Shown here: positions 24,820 through 39,900 of the stretch, piece by piece
How the letters are laid out: every line of letters begins with the position of its first letter
How positions within the stretch are numbered: position 1 is the first letter of the stretch
Assembly (NCBI GenBank): GCA_002633005.1
Contig: NMRA01000153.1
Location: forward strand, 734,067 to 798,066
Reading direction: 5' to 3'
Length of the DNA: 64,000 nt
From: Phoronis australis
Taxonomy: Eukaryota > Animalia > Phoronida
The notes under the pieces: model-generated
Databases searched by the model: none
Told to the model about the DNA's origin: nothing
Seen by the model: only the letters and a program-made list of their open reading frames with translations
Position numbers and translations under genes: made by a program

Positions 24820-24830
24820 GGGAAATTCCC
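24820..24830 (+). promoter_or_regulatory. Consensus NF-kB site upstream of RNF31
   Basis: GGGAAATTCCC, followed about 65 nt later by a candidate donor (tctag|gtaact) of a possible non-coding first exon. Confidence 0.35.
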
Positions 24831-26269
24831 ACAACTTCGAAGAAGGAAGAGGTTAAAGTCGACATTTCCACTTCACTCTTCGAATAAACTTCTAGGTAAC
24901 TCATTTCATTTGGGCTTCAAGGTTTTTGACAATTTTTATAGAGTTTCTGGAGAATTCGAATGTGGATAAAGAAAACTTGATTACCACCGACGACACCACG
25001 TTATTTTTATTTTCAAGGCAGTATGTCATTGTGTTGTAACTGTTGTAAGTTCTAAATTGGTCACTAAAAATAGACAGTGTTCATCGTCTCCAGCTCTCGT
25101 AACAATACTCCGTCAATCGCTCTTTCTTTCTGCCAGTTTTCTTCATTCACTATCAAAATTCCTGGGGTAGCCAGACTTATGGGATAGAATGAAGACTTCT
25201 TCCCAGAAGTTCTGGTATCTCAGTCGTAAATTAATTGGATTGGACAAACGTTTTTATAAAAACAATGGATGTTTTGCTCTGAAAGTGAAACTCAGTGAGC
25301 ACATTCAGTTATGTGTAAAAATCATGCGCTTGATTTCCTGATTACTTATGTAAAGATTTCTACTACAGTTTGTCTGTGTAACTTAACACCTGAGGGTGAC
25401 TTTGTCTTCTGATCAGGGGATTTTTTTGGTAGGCAGGAACATTTAATAATTTATTACCCTCTTCTCCACCAATTCCACCCCCCATACCCCTCAGACCCCA
25501 TAGGAAGGTAAACATTGGAGAGAACAAACCAATTCGACTTCGCCAAATGTTTGCTCCACCTTCCTATCGTCACCTATTAAGGAACATGCTTTGAAGGTGC
25601 ATTTTGAAAGGGTGATTGAAGTTCCAGGGTCCTTGGCATACTGCCTTTGGGGCTCTTTCAGAATCCCTTGTTAATGCTGTGCGTGTACTTGGAATCCTGC
25701 TTAATCTCAAGATTAAGCAGAAGAGCCATTCTTAATGAATCCCAACAATTCGACACTTGAGACACTCGATTTTCAAGTATCTTCATATGGAGCTAGCGTA
25801 TTATTTTTTATTAGTTTAACGTATGAATGATAAGTTTTGAACATTTTCTTCAGCTCAGTAAATGCAGTTATAGAGTTATTTTGTTGTTTTATTAGAGCAA
25901 CAGGATAATTTATTTGAAAACTGAAAAACGCGTTCGTTGGGTCAATTTTCGCTGTAGTTTGTTATCATTGACAACAAACAATCTCACTGTGCAATTTTAT
26001 CAATCAGCATGCTTGGTAAAACCGAGAAAAACATCTCTTAGTATTTTCTACTGTCTTGTGTATTTTTCATGGACATATAAAATTAAACTTTTGAATTAAA
26101 TTTTTTGCTTTTTTAAAACTGGTCGTTTGTTTATAACGGTGTTTTATAAAAACAGGTGCCGTGGTGTTTGCACTTCCCTCAATCTTCATTAGCAACTATC
26201 GATCATTCAAAAACTGATAGCCAATATCCGGTGACATGATGACTAAAAAATCCTGAAGTGAATTTAAAA

Positions 26270-28085
26270 ACATCTCGTAAATGACACAACATGTCCCGTA
26301 AGTGATATTGCGACGTTGGCTATTATTTCTGACCACTAGCACTTCAGGAAATAACTGGTATGAAATAATGAGGGATAGTATACGTATTTAAGGTTATTTC
26401 GTGTCACCTGTATGAGTTGATGTAACTGATTACGTAATAAAAATGGCAACAGATTATATTTCAAGCGTCTGTGTTGCAAGAAGGCACATAGAGACATTTG
26501 TAACACAACTCACATGTACATGTACTGGTAAATCCAAAAGTTTGCATTCAACATTTTTACAACATCTGCTATACAACTGTGCCTGACATCTAACACATCA
26601 CAAGCCATGTCCCATAAATGACGACTTAAGGTAATTCAAGCCTTGACAATTAGTCTAAAGTCTGTTAAGGTTAAAAACCTTTTAACGGCAATGTTAACTC
26701 GGCTTTAAACTTTACTAAATTAGGAGAAATCAAGGTAGTCCAGCAATTCATCTGACGCCTTGAACGCTCTGCGGCTCTTCCCAACAGGTGATAGGTCCAG
26801 GACGAGCTTCAGGATGTCATCTTTCCGTAGCCAAATCTTGTTTCCTTCGGTCACATAAGCAATCCACTCATTTTACTGGACGGCTGCACGAAGTTGACTT
26901 CCACAAGCAAATCGACATCATCTGTGTCCACGACTTGTCCGAGATATCGGTGACCTTCATATTTACAAACAAAATCGCCTTGCTTCACTTGTATCTTGAC
27001 TTGTTTGGTCTCAGCTAACACTCTATTGTTTTCTTGTCTTCCAACTTTTTGTACTTCTGTCAGTTCTGACACTGGTATGAAAGACCCGTAAATCGTTCAG
27101 TTTCTGTTCTAAGCCATTCGTAACCAAGTTGTGCGTTTTTACGGGCTCCGTAGACTATTCTTTCACCCGCTGCGACTTGAATTTTGACATTCTGCAACGC
27201 AAACCAAGGTGACAAACTCTAATTAATAGGTATTAAATAAAGTAAAAGATGTCATCACTATTTTTGCAAGGTCATCTGCATTAAGTTATGTATCGTTACT
27301 GATAATAATTCAATTACTACGTAAAATGAATTTAATTTGGGTAAAAATAAAACAAATCACTTACGGGACACTGAATGTCATTTACGTGACAATTTTTTAC
27401 GAGAGCTTATCAAGACCGACGTCAAGCAGATTCGAATCAAAGTATGTTTTACAGGAAGCATTTCGTCACTTCTTTTAATACGTTAATAACAACCCTAAAA
27501 CATGCGAATTATAAAAGTGAGATTACAGAAAACTTACCCAAAGGTTCTGCTGACTCCTTTAGCGAGTATTTTCAGACAGTATCAATGTCAGCTGAAGCGC
27601 ACATGCTCGTTCTTGAAAAATTGACCTATATTCATGTCACACTTGCCAATATTAAGTGAAATTAGTTGGACTTGACCTAATTATAAAACTGTCGTCCCGT
27701 AAATGAAGACTCGTAAATGATGAGCAACCAATTTCAAATGCCAAAATTTTTCCTAAATGTCCGCCAAAAACTTTCAAAACTGTGCATTGATTTAGCACAT
27801 CACCATAGCTTTGTAGAGTTATTTTAGTTTCCACATCTTCATTTTAATCAATGCACTATTGTTGAGTTTATGCACGTCTCGTAAATGATTCCAAAAAAAA
27901 TTCCTCTGCGCTTCTTGAAAAGCAGTGCCACACAGCCACTTTCAGATGACGCAAAGGTTTAAAAAATTAATGCCATCGCCGTTTTCTTGTGTATTACAAA
28001 TTATTGATCGCGAATTTACTAAAATATCTCTTGAAACTTTTTTTTTACAAAAACACGCCAATGAGGTCTCGTAAATGATTTGAGA
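26270..28085. mobile_element. Decayed DNA transposon with a dispersed GTCYCGTAARTGA motif and a coding remnant
   Basis: About 8 motif copies in both orientations. The minus-strand fragment GDFVCKYEGHRYLGQVV...VEVNFVQP (26851-27072) resembles transposon-associated proteins. Boundaries are uncertain. Confidence 0.45.
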
Positions 28086-30553
28086 TTTGGCTTCACTCAG
28101 TAAACATGGTGGTAATTAAAATTTATTTTTTGTTTACGAAAAACGTTGGGTTTCTCTTTGAAAATGTCTCACTAAGTTTCCGAAATGCAATTATTCGTTT
28201 CGATTGGACAAGTTATTATAACAAAAAAGAGCCTGTTTCTACGTTGTCGTTTTTTCAGCTTCACGTAATTTTATGGAACCCTAAGCTACATGGTGCATTG
28301 TGACACCTACCATGTAAACTGTAGCTGGTCATAAGACACAGCACGCACATTAGACATAAAGGTCTTTTGACGTTCTTTCATGACTTCGTACATTCTGTGT
28401 GGTGAGCTGAAGTTTGGTTTCACCATTTGTCACGATTCATTGAGAATGAATGAGAAGTGAGTGTTGCGTGAACTTGGAATTGAATATATTTTTTAAGGCA
28501 AAAAGGTGAAATTTTTATTCAGTGAAAAGAATTTTTGTAATTATTGGCTTTGCGATTGTTGAGTGATAGCTTAAGCATATTTAGTTTATTTAGTTTCCAA
28601 TAGATGGCGCTTGCCTACATACTTTGTCTGTTATGTCCTCAATAAAGGTCAAGTTTAGAACTTAAAAAAAACTCTACTCTAAATGCTGATTTTGCGTACA
28701 CAATATCACTTATCGCAACAGCGATCAACCATTTTTTCCTTTACCTTAACTTGTGTCGCTGAACCAGAGGAATATGTGAATGGCCTAATCTATTATTGTT
28801 TAGTGAAACTGATCGCCCGTAGTTGAAAAGGTTGGATAAAATTGAGATTATTTTATTCAAATGTAACTTGGTTTTGTGCAGTGCAAATTTCTGTGAACAT
28901 GAATGTGATTATTTGAGTGAACTTGTCAAGTTGCCTCGTGTATTTCAAGTTCGCACAACACTCACTTCCAAGTTCACCTACAGCAGTTAAAACACAGTTA
29001 ATCCAGATTCTGGGGACTGGGGACAAGTGATACACAGGGTTTGTCAAAAGTATACTCCCACTTATTGTGCAATGCCGGGAGTTCAAATTCAGTTCCCATG
29101 GATCAGATTCTGTGCCTGAGCCACATGGCATGAATGCCCACGAGAGTGGTGTTGACCTTTTCTCTGAGTGATTACCATACCTATAATCCACACGTTGATT
29201 CCAGCACAACAGCAACTTGGCATGTATTTCTTTAGGCCTGACTCCTGGTATTTAAACTCCAGAGCACATTTGAAAGACTGTTAAAACTTTTCTTCTTCAA
29301 TTTTCCCAAAAAATTAAGGATGTCTTTACGAACACAGGGCAGCGCCAAAAACAATAAGTTCCAATCATTAAATTAACATTTTGTTTTGTGCACATTTTAT
29401 TATGTTGTCCAACTGTCTAATTTTAACAAGTTGAATTCTACTAAGAACAACTAGATGACACTGTTAAGTACAACTTTTCAGCAAATACTTTTGAAATTTA
29501 AAAAGTTTAATGCATCTAGTTTAAATCCGTAGCAGCTTCTTTACTTGATTTTGTAATATTTAATCGCTTTGGGTTCTTCTGTGTGAGACAAATTTCGTTC
29601 TCTGCAAGTTTGGAAAGTGAAAATAAGACCTAAGGTTATTTTTATTGGCTGAAAAATTGTAATTTCACAGGACATAGGTGACGGACATACAAATTAGCCG
29701 TAAGTCTGTCATGCAATTGTTACCTTAACAAGTAATTCCTGGGATCTAAAATTTTGGTTAGTAGTATTGAGAAACAAGTTAAAAGAGAATTTGATTTTTT
29801 AAAATTTTGATTGAAAACTTTTGATGTAACTAAACTTTTTAGCACATTTTGTTTTGTGACGAATGTTCGGCACCATGATATCCAGGAGTTGTTGACCTTT
29901 GATCCAAAAAGTCAATGACGTGTTGCAGGTCAAATGATTTTTTTTAGAAAGTTTAGGCTTCATGTGATTGCACAAATTTGATATTGTAGTGAAATACCCA
30001 TAATTAGCTTATTTATGACAATAATTATCAACACACGTAAAAATCGGGGTTAGTTTTTAGGGTCAAGTGACCTCCAAAAATGGATCTATATAAGAAAAAA
30101 ATTGAAAGTTATAGGAAATTCAAATATGGGTCTTGAAACTAGACAGACTATGGGCTTTCAGATGAGACCAGATATGTTAATCTAGTCACAATTTTAATTT
30201 TTGTCTCTAGGTTAACCTTTTCATGGAATTGCCCCTAAATGGACTAAAATGTTTTTAATTTTTATTGTAAGTAAAAAAATTTGGTGTAATAGAATTTCAC
30301 GTGGTCGTCATATTATGCGGTAAATTAGGGTAGAATTATCGAAGTTGAGTTCTCAAAGACCTGGCACTTTTATGTAAGTTACGGTACCAATTTGGTTGGG
30401 CACAATGGTGAACCAAGAATAGGTGTAATCCATTTTGAAGTGGGCACGAAGTCATACATGAGTGTTAATCTGGATTAATACTGTACTTTCCCAAGCCGTG
30501 ACATTTGACTGGCTTGTTGTTTACAGCCAATTTGTTTCTTTCAGGCTCACAGA

Positions 30554-30916
30554 ATGACAGAGAGAGCAATACCCATCACTAGTTATTTGGCACCTATTCC
30601 ATCATCAAGTATGTTGACTGCTTCCCCAGGACACTCCCCAGGTGTGTCCAGCCCACTTGGTGGGCAGTCCCTTTCACTGATTACTGCTCCCTCAGACCAC
30701 TCTAGGCTGCCACTCAGCAGTCTACCAGGAACTGAAAGTATGAAGCAGAGAATACTTGGTGCGACAATTGCAACTCAGAGAAGAGCTCTTGTTCAAGCTC
30801 TTCTGTCAAACATTGATACAGGACAGATATTGCGCAAGATAATCTCTTTAGAAGTTCCTGTTACTCGCAAACTCGTTTCACTGGATTTGAAAGGGCTGTT
30901 AAATAGCAACTGCACG
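30554..30916 (+). CDS. RNF31: RNF31 coding exon 1
   Basis: Acceptor ttctttcag ends at 30544, ATG at 30554, donor gtgagt. Confidence 0.8.
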
Positions 30917-33900
30917 GTGAGTTGGTTTGCTATTATGTGTGATTTTCAAGTTACATTTCGTCCTGTTCAACAAGCTAAAAATTGATAATTGAATTGAATG
31001 ACCCTTTTACCCCGACTTGCACAGTCTTGTGATACTCCCTACTGTGACTTGCACAATCAACCTTGTAATACTCTCTACTGTGACTTGCACAATTAACCTT
31101 GTAATATCCCTTATGTGACTTGCGCAATCAACCTTGTAATACTCCCTACTGTGACTTGCACAATCCACCTTGTAATACTCCCTACTGTGACTTGCACAAT
31201 CCACCTTGTAATACTCCCTACTGTGACTTGCGCAATCAACCTTGTAATACTCCCTACTGTGACTTGCACAATCCACCTTGTAATACTCCCTGTTGCTACA
31301 AGATTCCATTTCTGGAACTAACAAGAACATCAAAACCAATTGCGACTCAAGAAAACACTATCGGTCTTTATTGCATGTGGCCAATACGACTCAAGAAAAC
31401 ACTATCAGTCTTTATTGCATGTGGCCAATACGACTCAAGAAAACACTATCAGTCTTTATTGCATGTGGCCAATACGACTCAAGAAAACACTATCAGTCTT
31501 TATTGCATGTGGCCAATACGACTCAAGAAAACACTATCAGTCTTTATTGCGTGTGGCCAATACGACTCAAGAAAACACTATCAGTCTTTATTGCATGTGG
31601 CCAATACGAAAATGATGCAATGGCGCATGTATTTGAGTTGGTAATGGAAATGGAATCCTATCATGGTATGGAATATTATGAGACCGATTTTATGAAAGTA
31701 AATAAGGCTTAATTCAATTTTTGCTTTCTAGCCAGCTTAATATGGTGAAATGCCACTTTAAGCTTTGTGTCATTTCTTTGTGTGCACCTTTGGAAAAAGC
31801 TATTTTAAGAAATACTATGTCCTACAAAATAGCCGAGTGAATACGATGTTGTCAGACAATATCAAATTTATTCAGTGGAAAGTTTATCCTAAGCCCCATG
31901 TGATTTTTAGAGATACTAATCTGTTATCAACAAGTCTATGTGATATCTTGCAGGACTCCACTAAACTCCAGGCCATAAATTGTGCTCTGAGTATTTTAGA
32001 GAAATACGGAAAAAATCTCCTGAAACCAGCCAGCCAAAGACCAAAGTTTTGGAAATCGATCAAGTTTGCCAACGGCACGTACAGAGAACACATCAGCTCT
32101 ATCGCTGTAAGTACATATTGCTATATCCAGTGCTGCGTTGGTAGTAGACGTGCTATTTGAAACTTGTGTATTTGTGTGACGTCATAGTTATTACATTTTC
32201 ATCAGTGTTGTTTTGGTTTCAGATGATGTGTCATAAATGTAAAACGTGGAGATTTTATTAACAACCTGGATAATATTTTTTTTTGAAAATGAAACCACAT
32301 TCTGTAGGAAGTCCTTGGTGCCTGTTTTTAAGTTAATAATTGAGTCTCATGTACAGCACACATCTCGAATTCTTGTCCGACTGGTCGAAAATTGATCAAC
32401 AACCGGTCGTCTAGCCAACCAGTAGCTGACCTTCGACAGTCTGCTAAGAGTCGTCACTCGAGTCACCTCTGCGGTCGGCAGTTAATTTGGCAAACTGGTC
32501 ACCTAGCTTAGGCAACTGATTTGGATTATGTGTATCCTCAGTTGGTTGTTCCTTTCCAGTGGCCACTCTAGTCTTAAACCTGCAGTTTATCAACTTACAC
32601 CTATTTACCATAGTAAAACACCATGTACTTATAATTGCGTGAAATTAGAACAAAGCACAAGTTCGTGTGGAATTACCGACAGCACAGTAAAATCAAACTG
32701 TCGCATACGCGATATTTAACATCACGTTCATGATGACGCATTCTAGCAGAACGCTGTCTGATTTGGAATGTTATGTTTGTAGTTGAATATTAGTGGAATA
32801 TATTTATTAATATGTCTGTTATCTTAATTCTACACAAACGTTAAATGATTTGCAAAAATATAATTTTGAACTTTAACTATGAGGCGTTTTTTTGCCCATA
32901 ACACTAAAAAGTCATTTAAATGTTACAGTTAAGTTGTATAAAAATCCAAAAACAATGGTTGACGTGTTGCGTCTGCAGGTGTTTTCAAAAAATGTTCGAT
33001 GAGTAGCTGGAAAGTTTAACTCATAGTGATCGCTTTTGATTACCACTTCATGTATCCGCATCTCTCTATTGAAAATCGTTTTATTTTGTATAATTTGTAA
33101 ATAGGCTGGTGATAGAAAAACATTTGTTTTGAAAACAACGTCAAGAACCGTTTGAACACTGGACAGTAATGAATGAAAACGGCAAATGCAGATAGGTTTG
33201 GTTATAGCGTCAACTGTGATCCATCTTTCCGTGTTTGGTTATAGCGTCAACTGTGATCCATCTTTCCGTGTTTGATGTCACTTTCTGAGTTAATAAAAAT
33301 CGTAACCATATTATTTAGAAGTTACATCATTTCGAGCCCGTGGGAGTATGCACGCAATACTGTGTGTTTCGCATCTTTAATGCAAGGGGTTAATACTCTG
33401 AAAATAAAATTTCAGAGTAATGGCCTTTCGGTGTTAAAAGTCACACACTCTAAAAATGCTGGTGATAATAATTAAATTTTCATCGATGACGTTGAAAATA
33501 TAACAATGATTCAAAAAAGAAAATCATGCAAAACAGAAATGCACAATTTTTATTTGTATGACACAGTTCACGAAATAAATTTAGTCATGAGGTGATTGGT
33601 TGCCGGAGCTACTCACTATTTCAAAAGAGCTTGATTTCAAATTTCTTGACAGAAAATTTACAAAAACGTATCGCTTTCTGCAACGTCTTATAGCAGTGAA
33701 TTTCTGCTACCGTGGTTGATAACAGGACTAGTTTACCTGTGTGTTGTTTCGGCTTTAATCCCTTTACAGGTTGCTTCTAGTCTGTACTTTTGGTTTCATT
33801 TTTCATTTACATTAGATGAGGTCATGATATATGCTTGAGAAATATTCAGATACCAATTGCAAAAATTCGTACGGGATTGAATGTGAAGAAAACTTTTCTA

Positions 33901-36900
33901 TCGTGTTATTCCAAAGTGGTTGCATTTTTCGTAATCCAATACTCAGTTTCCACTCGCCTTCAACTTTCAAATCAGTGGTGATACTCTACTGATGTGAACT
34001 CATGTGACAGTGACACATCACTTGGCTAATTTACTTCATCCTTCCTGTGTGGAGACAAACATCCATCGGCAAGCAATGTGACAATCTGCAAAGTAGCCAT
34101 CAGCCTTATTGAACAACCTAGCTAATAGTTTTGCTATACAATATTATGGATTCCGTTTATCACTTCTTTCCTTTTTGAAGGCACTCCCAGTCTGGGTACA
34201 AAGAAGACCAAAGTTAACCACTCCTGAGTACTTGTCATGAGGCTTACTATGGGAAATTCCTATTTCCATGATGAAATCGGTTTAAAGATTGTAAAGTGTT
34301 ATCTGACCAAAGTTTTTGGGTGACCGATTATTTGAAAGGATAAAGTTTATCCTTGATCTGTCTGCACCAGTGGGTCAATATAGATATGATAAAATTTAGA
34401 ACAAAAATAATTGCCAAAATGATTTATGTTGTTTAATTTTTAACATAATTGTAGTGATCATCCACAATTTCTCAAAACATTCTTTGGTAGTAGCTGTGTT
34501 ATAGAACTTCGAAAAAATGATAAATAAAATAATGACTAAACCAATGCTGAATTGTCCGTCATATTTTGTCCTAAAGAGATTTTACTGCATGGTATATGAT
34601 TTTGAAGCCTTTATCTGTGTGAATATTGTGCTCTAATCTCTGTGAATGATCTTTTGGTTATTTCCTGTGCACAGCATGCTAATACTGTTACGGTTCATGA
34701 AACCAAGGGAGGTCATGTGACATGTTAATGTTTCATTAAATTATTATTTTCCAGGGACTGATAATTAATTTTAGCATCAAATTGTCATTCTTTGCAGAGC
34801 TAGCTTTTATTGGCCATTAGACCCTGTGTCCGAAATGATGCATTTTTACAGCCTGCTGTAAACATCTTTTGAATTTTTCAAATGTCACATGGTTAGCCCG
34901 ACCAATTCTATCCACATTCCAGTCTTACTAGGGGACTAGTCACCAAAGGAGTGACTATTCAATAGGTCACAAGTGAGGGTAGTTAATGGTGAAATGAAAT
35001 TTCTCCAGGTATATTGCTTGGTCATAAAATTTGTGTTTTTGTTTGTTTGTTTCTTTGTTTGCATGCTACAGATCGCAATTCGTATCAGATCAACCGGCAA
35101 TTTACATGCAACATATATCTATTTTTTGATGAAAAACTAGATGCAAGATAGCGCCGTGGCGACCACTTTTCGTCTGATCAACATGAAATTTACACACAGT
35201 GTTTACTTAGTGGCTTGAAGACTTTTGTTCTTGGGCAAAGTCAGACGCACGCTAAGGTGTGACGGCCATTTTTCAAATTATATTTGCGAAGCGATTCCTT
35301 GACTGAACTTTTTCAAATTTGGTATGTGAGTAGATCTCGTCATGGACTGTCTAATGCTTTGGTTTTGTCGTTGATCTAATGTTTTGTTCCATTTCACCAA
35401 GTGTTGCTCTTCTGTGTGCTTTCATCGTTTCTTATCAGATCATGTCTGACTAGAAAGCTTGTGGGCTAATTTTATGCATCACCAACTTTGTCCTTTTCAT
35501 TTTCTTTTGAATTTACATGGTTTGCTTATTTACTTTTATGTGTCATACCCAATAAATAAATTGCATAACATTATGAGTTATTGTCATGTTATCGGTTGTT
35601 GTCATTAAAAATCATCAGAAATTAATTCTCATCTGCTTATTATCTCATGACAGAACAACTAGTATCATGTGACTATACAATACGTGCGTGGTGACATGGG
35701 AGTTGCTGGGGAAAGCGATTTTCTACTTGGTAATGTATATCGAACAGTCGTATTTCCGAGATGAAAATATATTATCGTCTTTCCCTGCTCTACCTGGTAT
35801 GATCAGCTTGTAGGAGTAGTTTTGATCCCCACCAAGTCAGAACTTGCTAAATGGACTATCATAATTTGCGTTGAAATTGAGTGTATGACTTTAAGCGGAC
35901 TCCACTGTATTCAAATTTCACACGCATATATAGAATTTGGCCATTTGGAATTTCGTTTGCGGATTTTGGAAAGTCAGCGGTGACGTGCTTCTTGTGACTA
36001 CGTTACAAAAAATCCCCAGTATAGTTTCAACTCCAGACAATTGTGGTTTCTAAGATCACACCTAATCTGTTGTGAAACTTTCTTGTGATCTTTTGTTAGA
36101 GTTCACGCGTCATCAACTGAATATGTTACCCTGGTTACAAGTCATCACTATACCTTGGTTACCAAAGCCCATTGGAACTACTTTGGTATCAACGGTTTTT
36201 AAAGTAATTGTTTTTGGCTAATATCTGTAACTGCAATATTTCTTTGAAAAAAATGTTCATGTTAGAATCTAATAAATAAAGGTCTTTGAAGTTAACAAAT
36301 AATGTTCAGAAATAACAGTCATCAGGGCTTCTCCGCGCATGATCACTGAATTGACTTGGAGACAGCACAGCTAGACTGTCAAAATCCCTCGGCTTTGTTT
36401 TCTCACGTGAACCATAAAAACGATCTTTTTTGTCAAAAAAATCGATGTGTAACTTCAACCACATGACACAACTTTTGAAAAACATGCTTGTGCAATTAAA
36501 GAAAATTCAGTTATATTTTGTTAATAGTTTCATTTAAACTTGTGAATTGCATTCAGTTTTCATAACATACAACTGTCTTTGTAATATTAAAACTTAACAA
36601 ATGTTTATAAGTAACAGTCAGCGGGGCTTCTCTGTGAGTGAGCACTGAATTGACTTTGACACAGCACAGCTAGACAGTCTCACCGCGTTTCTTGAGTTGG
36701 GGGTTCATCTCCGTTTGAATGTACGTGTATACGGAATTTGTCGCCGACGGTGGGTCCGTGTAAGAAGTCATTGCATGTCCTTCCCACTGAGCGTATGTAT
36801 ACAGTTGTAACACTCAATTTATCAATCATAATCTTGTCACCTTCATGGAATTTCGGCATTGCTGCTTGGTTGTGTTTAGTGTTTTACAGATGACAAAATA

Positions 36901-39900
36901 TAAGGCGTATGGATTTCTACTTTGCACTACTTTGTGATTCACCCATGTCATATAAAAAATTATGTACTCTTGGTGTTACTCATCAGTCATATCGTACCAC
37001 ATTTCTAATTATGTGAGAAAGTATTTTATTACTTTGAAGCCATTGCTAATGTAGATATTGCCTTGCTCCACAACGGGATGATCTAGATTAGTGTACTTGC
37101 ATTATGAGGCCAAGTTTTTAATGAGAGGAGCTTTAAATTCCATTGTTTTTGTATACCTCTCTTCTAAGCACATGCAGTTTTTACTGACTTGTCACATCAC
37201 CTCGTTAGTCAGTTGAGACTGAACTGCATGCCTTTTAGGTAAAGGAGGATGGGAGTCACTGTTCATTTTAATGCACAGCCATATTGGAAATAAAATACAC
37301 AATCTATTCTGTCATTAAATTCTCCGTATTTAATGCTCATGTGTCTTCTTAACTTCTTCAGGGAGCTCAGGATGTACTTAAACAGTTTGGATACCTTGAT
37401 GAGTTCGAGGATGGCTTATGTTTCCCAGACACAGAACCCGACTCAACAACTGTGTGTACCTTGCTTGCTGACATTCTCATTGCGAAGTTTGAAATTGACA
37501 AGTACCGAAACAGGATCCACCCCTTCCCCAATTTAATGGACGAAATTGTTCCTAAAAATGCGAGGTCAGTGTTCACAAAGTAGTCACTTACAGGGATTCT
37601 GGATTTTGAGAACCATCTTTCTTCACTTATTGAATAACAGATATCAACTGGTTCTCAATATCTGGGACCCTATAAGTGACTATTGCCTAAAGTAAATGGC
37701 TAAATTCTTTAAATCCACATGACGTAAACCACTTTCAAAACTTCTGATATCATTGTATAGCAATAGCTGACATAGGATATCGTGAAGGGGGGCTGCCCAC
37801 AATCTCCAAAGAACGCGACATGGTTCATAAAATGGGTTTGCTAGGTGTGGCTATAGGGGACTAGGAGCAGCCCTTGGAGGACAGGGTAGCCCACTGATTT
37901 AAACTGAGTTAGCTGGCAGCTCAGATTGAAAGCGTGACTACAACAACCAGGCTCAGAATGTGAATTTCGCGTAAACGACAAGTTATTTGATTATTGTCAA
38001 CGATTAATGCAGACAATTCACTGATGTTGCAAGTTTTTTGTTTGTTTTAGTTGTACTCTATGGAGCACTGATTTGTAGCCTTCTAGAGAATAGCAGTATG
38101 GCACAGTTAAAAATTCTGGCATATAATTATGATATAATTATAGTTAAAACTATAGTATTGGTGTCCTAATCATTGTCATTTAGTTCTGCAATAATTTACA
38201 ACTCATTAGGAATGCTAGAGACCACCACCGTGGCAGTTGAATGTGGTAATAGGTTGAGCTAAATTACCTAATTTAAAAGTACTTGACGAGTTTAAAGTTA
38301 TAACTTACAAAACTTTCTCTAGTACATCAAATCTGTGTGTACTTTGTTATTTGCACTGGTTTGTTCTGGTTTTATTGGTCTATGGCTCATCATTTTATAG
38401 CACTATTAATTCCAGTGGAATCCTTTTTTTCAATTTACAGACTTGCACCAGCTCCCCCTCAACCAGTCAACAATCCAACGAGCACAGTTCAGAGGACGCC
38501 CTTACCTCGACAAAACCCCCAGCAATACGAGAATGTTAATATCAACGAAAGTGGTGATGGTGAAGAAAAGCCTGCTCTTGCCAAACCTACTTCCTCTAAA
38601 CATGTCAGTACCATGCCAAGTGCTGCTGCGAGGTCTTACTTGAGTCAGACAAGCCCTCACCAGTATGGAAGTGTTAAATCCACTGCAGGTGGAGAGAGCA
38701 AAGTTGACTCTTCAGCAAACAGTAAGACAGAGGCACAATCAGTGTTCACAGGTCGAGGGGTGTCAGATTTCATAAAAAACGTAAGTTTGATATCAATTTT
38801 TTTCTCAAAATAGAATTTAGAAATGATTCCAAGAAACTTTGTATGCATAACTTGATCTGAAGTCTCTAACCATCTGTTCACAGTCCTCAGTCAAGGATGG
38901 CAAAATGTTTCGTAATCTCATTCAGCTAGTCCTTGTGGTTTGGCCATCCTGAGATTATAACTCCAGTTGACTGGCTCTGCTGAAGCAGAGGTATTTGATC
39001 ACATAACAATGGATCGCTATCATCATGGTGAAGTTATGTAACGAGTGTGAAATTACCGTGGCCTCAAATTGGCGCGTAATTCTTGACTTCCTAAACGTCA
39101 CTTCCGGAGTAGAGGACGGCTAATTAATTAAATTACGAGAAGCAGTAATTAACTGAAAACTATGTCTGGGATAATCAATGAACTTTATTTTTCTAAAAAT
39201 GACATGAAAAAAGGTTGTCTTTGCCTTTAATAGTCACTTATGGAGTGTCCTTAATAGTCACTTATGGAGTGTCCTGGATTTTGAGAACCATTTTTACCGT
39301 TATTGAGTGGAGAAGGCTTTTTGTTGACGATAACTGACCAACACCAAGTGAGCGAACAATGAAATGTCCAATGTCAGCCCAAAAAATTTTCAAAAATTCC
39401 TATGAAAAACCATCGGAGCTTTTGGAGCATTTGTTGTTTTTCATTTTTTTCAAGGATTGGGAGACTTCTTCATTTTGTAAGAAGACCTTTTAATTTTTCT
39501 TTTTCTGTCTCACTTAATTTGGCGACACACACCTTATCAAGAAGAGTGTCTAAATCTATATTTGCATAGATTTTCATAATAAAGTTTTGGTTCTGAATAA
39601 CCTCTTCTTCACTATTGGTTTAAGTATTGTCAGATTTCCACAGGAAAGGCATACGCTTACTTCTGTGATGTCTAATTTCCGAGTTAAGAAAATATTTGGA
39701 AGATTTTTCATCATTTTTGTATGAGAAGGGTGGAGAAAACTTGGTCTCAAATTGCAGGACTCCTGTAAGTGAGTGTTACCGACAGATCATCGAGTACTTG
39801 TTGGTGAGGTCCCGTGTCATTGCTAAAATTTTGCCGGGACACTTTGGTTCATTTCGTGTAAGGTACTTAAGTCGTCACTTTGAAATTTAATCCCACTTCA

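Noticed and set aside
31014-31609. 36-bp and 44-bp repeat arrays as a CRISPR array or repeat-protein ORFs
   Set aside because: The units are contiguous with no unique spacers and no cas genes are present; they lie in a spliceosomal intron.
36286-36680. About 95-bp direct repeat pair (36286-36380 / 36585-36680) as LTRs
   Set aside because: No TG...CA ends, PBS or PPT; probably an old local duplication.
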